Below are positions 6,037 to 7,438 of a stretch of DNA of 7,438 bases, in pieces. Numbering within the stretch: position 1 is the stretch's first letter; every line of letters begins with the position of its first letter. This DNA comes from a virus. Its lineage: Duplodnaviria > Heunggongvirae > Uroviricota > Caudoviricetes. The translations under genes were made by a program, and so were the position numbers. The stretch lies in IMG/VR virus record IMGVR_UViG_2711768067_000021, positions 1 through 7,438 of that record; one strand, 5' to 3'. The notes beneath the pieces were generated by a model. The model worked only from the letters and a program-made list of their open reading frames with translations, made no database searches and had not been told where the DNA came from.

Positions 6037-6252
6037 TCACCGTTCCTTAAAGACGCCGTTTAACATACCGATTGCCAGACTTAAGTGAGTCGGTGTGAAT
6101 CCCATCAGCGTTACCGTTTCGCGGTGCTTCTTCAGTACGCTACGGCAAATGTCATCGACGTTTTTATCCGGAAACTGCTGTCTGGCTTTTTTGATTTCAT
6201 AATTAGCCTGACGGGCAATACTGCGAAGGGCGTTTTCTTGCTGAGGTGTCAT
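6037..6252 (-). CDS. Hypothetical small protein, about 71 aa (start uncertain; track ORF extends to 6318 giving 93 aa)
   Basis: The protein-like part begins MTPQQENALRSIARQANYEIKKARQQFPDKNVDD...; the 22 residues upstream (MHFSGSGLHILCAYACRHGTCS) look non-protein-like and the 6318 ATG lacks an RBS. The RBS for 6252 is also weak (GGGA about 11 nt upstream), so the start call is tentative. Confidence 0.55.
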   Translation of the reverse strand: MTPQQENALRSIARQANYEIKKARQQFPDKNVDDICRSVLKKHRETVTLMGFTPTHLSLAIGMLNGVFKER

Positions 6253-6328
6253 TGAACAAGTCCCATGTCGGCAAGCATAAGCACACAGAATATGAAGCCC
6301 GCTGCCAGAAAAATGCATTCAGTGGTTG

Positions 6329-6520
6329 TCATACCTGGTCTCTCTCATCTGCTTCTGCTTTCGCCACCATCATTTCCAGCTTTTGTGAAAGGGATGTGGC
6401 TAACGTATGAAATTCTTCGTCTGTTTCTACTGGTATTGGCACAAACCTGACTCCAATTTGAGCAAGGCTATGTGCCATCTCAATGCTCGTTCTTAACTCA
6501 ACAGGAGATGCTTTGTGCAT
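6329..6520 (-). CDS. orf63: Small early protein, 63 aa (lambda orf63 position)
   Basis: 63-aa ORF with GAGGGG RBS; overlaps the upstream orf60a by 28 nt, the same arrangement and length I recall for lambda orf63. Confidence 0.75.
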   Translation of the reverse strand: MHKASPVELRTSIEMAHSLAQIGVRFVPIPVETDEEFHTLATSLSQKLEMMVAKAEADERDQV

Positions 6521-6675
6521 ACAGCCCCTCGTTTATTATTTATCTCCTCAGCCAGCCGCTGGGCTTTCAGTGGATTTTGGATAACAGAAAGGCCGGGAAA
6601 TACCCAGCCTCGCTTTGTAACGGAGTAGACGAAAGTGATCGCACCTACCCGGATATTATCGTGAGGATGCTTCAT
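6493..6675 (-). CDS. orf60a: Small early protein, 60 aa (lambda orf60a position)
   Basis: Track ORF is 62 aa from 6681. The second ATG (6673-6675) overlaps the exo stop codon (ATGA) and sits 8 nt downstream of GGGGAG, giving 60 aa as in lambda orf60a. Confidence 0.7.
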   Translation of the reverse strand: MKHPHDNIRVGAITFVYSVTKRGWVFPGLSVIQNPLKAQRLAEEINNKRGAVCTKHLLLS

Positions 6676-7352
6676 CGCCATTGCTCCCCAAATACAAAAC
6701 CAATTTCAGCCAGTGCCTCGTCCATTTTTTCGATGAACTCCGGCACCATCTCGTCAAAACTCGCCATGTACTTTTCATCCTGCTCAATCACGACATAATG
6801 CAGGCCTTCACGCTTCATCCGCGGGTCATAGTTAGCAAAGTACCAGGCATCTTTTCGTGTCACCCACATGCTGTACTGCACCTGGGCCATGTAAGCCGAC
6901 TTTATGGCCTCGAAACCACCGAGCCGGAATTTCATGAAATCCCGGGAGGTAAACGGGCATTTCAGTTCAAGGCCGTTGCCGTCACTGCATAAACCATCGG
7001 GAGAGCAGGCGGTGCGCATACTTTCGTCGCGATAGATGATCGGGGATTCATTAACATTCACGCCGGAAGTGAACTCAAAGAGGGCTCTGGCGTCGTTCTC
7101 GTACTGTTTTCCCCAGGCCAGCGCCTTAGCGTTAACTTCCGGAGCCACACCGGTGCAAACCTCGGCAAGCAGGGTGTGGAAGTAGGACATTTTCATGTCA
7201 GGCCATTTCTTTCCGGAGCGGGGTTTTGCTATCACATTGTGAACTTCTGAAGCGGTGATGACGCCGAGCCGTAATTTGTGCCACGCATCATCCCCCTGTT
7301 CGACAGCTCTCACGTCGATCCCGGTACGCTGCAGGATAATGTCCGGTGTCAT
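6672..7352 (-). CDS. exo: Lambda exonuclease (Red-alpha, 5'-3' dsDNA exonuclease), 226 aa
   Basis: 226-aa [43 protein letters not shown]..., recognised as lambda Exo; start codon overlaps the bet stop (ATGA). Confidence 0.97.
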   Translation of the reverse strand: MTPDIILQRTGIDVRAVEQGDDAWHKLRLGVITASEVHNVIAKPRSGKKWPDMKMSYFHTLLAEVCTGVAPEVNAKALAWGKQYENDARALFEFTSGVNVNESPIIYRDESMRTACSPDGLCSDGNGLELKCPFTSRDFMKFRLGGFEAIKSAYMAQVQYSMWVTRKDAWYFANYDPRMKREGLHYVVIEQDEKYMASFDEMVPEFIEKMDEALAEIGFVFGEQWR

Positions 7353-7438
7353 GCAGCCACCTTCTGTTCAGAGGCTTTCTGTTTCAGGAATCCAAGAGCT
7401 TTCACTGCTTCGGCCTGTGTCAGTTCTGACGATGCGCG
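7349..7438 (-). CDS. bet: Bet (Red-beta single-strand annealing protein), C-terminal 29 codons only; gene continues beyond the window
   Basis: Hand translation of the minus strand from the window end gives [29 protein letters not shown] then TGA, consistent with the lambda Bet C-terminus; the stop overlaps the exo start. Confidence 0.85.
   Translation of the reverse strand, partial: RASSELTQAEAVKALGFLKQKASEQKVAA

Larger units (their letters stand above)
1331..7438. mobile_element. Lambda-like prophage, left end (attL through the 3' end of bet); continues beyond the window
   Basis: attL core followed by int, xis, ea8.5, orf63, orf60a, exo and bet in lambda order, all on the minus strand (leftward pL-operon direction). 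Confidence 0.95.

Noticed and set aside
6679-6681. Upstream ATG extending orf60a to 62 aa
   Set aside because: Only 2 nt from the GGGGAG element (too close), whereas the second ATG is 8 nt downstream of it and overlaps the exo stop, giving the expected 60 aa.
6265-6992. Plus-strand ORFs of 61, 108 and 103 aa over orf63, orf60a and exo
   Set aside because: Antisense to recognised lambda genes; no support.
1-7438. CRISPR arrays, IS elements or transposase genes
   Set aside because: No direct-repeat and spacer periodicity, no terminal inverted repeats flanking a transposase-like ORF, and every long ORF is accounted for by host or phage genes.

Overview
The window is the left junction of a lambda-like (lambdoid) prophage integrated at the classical E. 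coli attλ site. It runs from the host gene ybhC (complete, minus strand) through attL, then the leftward early operon on the minus strand: int, xis, a 55-aa ORF missing from the supplied track, ea8.5, two cargo genes, an Ea22-like gene, a TraR-like 73-aa gene, a small hypothetical, orf63, orf60a, exo and the 3' end of bet. attL has the B-O-P' arrangement with the 7-bp overlap TTTATAC, an IHF H' site and three Int arm-type sites. Gene order, lengths and overlaps around int, xis, ea8.5, orf63, orf60a and exo match what I recall of phage lambda, but the ea8.5-to-exo interval is roughly 1.7 kb longer than in lambda by my recollection of its coordinates (not computed). The extra DNA is a two-gene, tightly coupled module: a 367-aa acidic protein with a DUF551-like C-terminus (recognised from memory) and a 177-aa single-pass membrane protein in a distinctly AT-rich segment (about 38% GC in hand-counted 60-nt samples versus about 48% in a flanking sample). 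That module is the best candidate for an undescribed accessory system here (defence, superinfection exclusion or counter-defence), but function cannot be assigned from sequence alone. No tRNA, rRNA, CRISPR array or IS element was seen. All identifications rest on reading the sequence and recalled family features; no database search was run.
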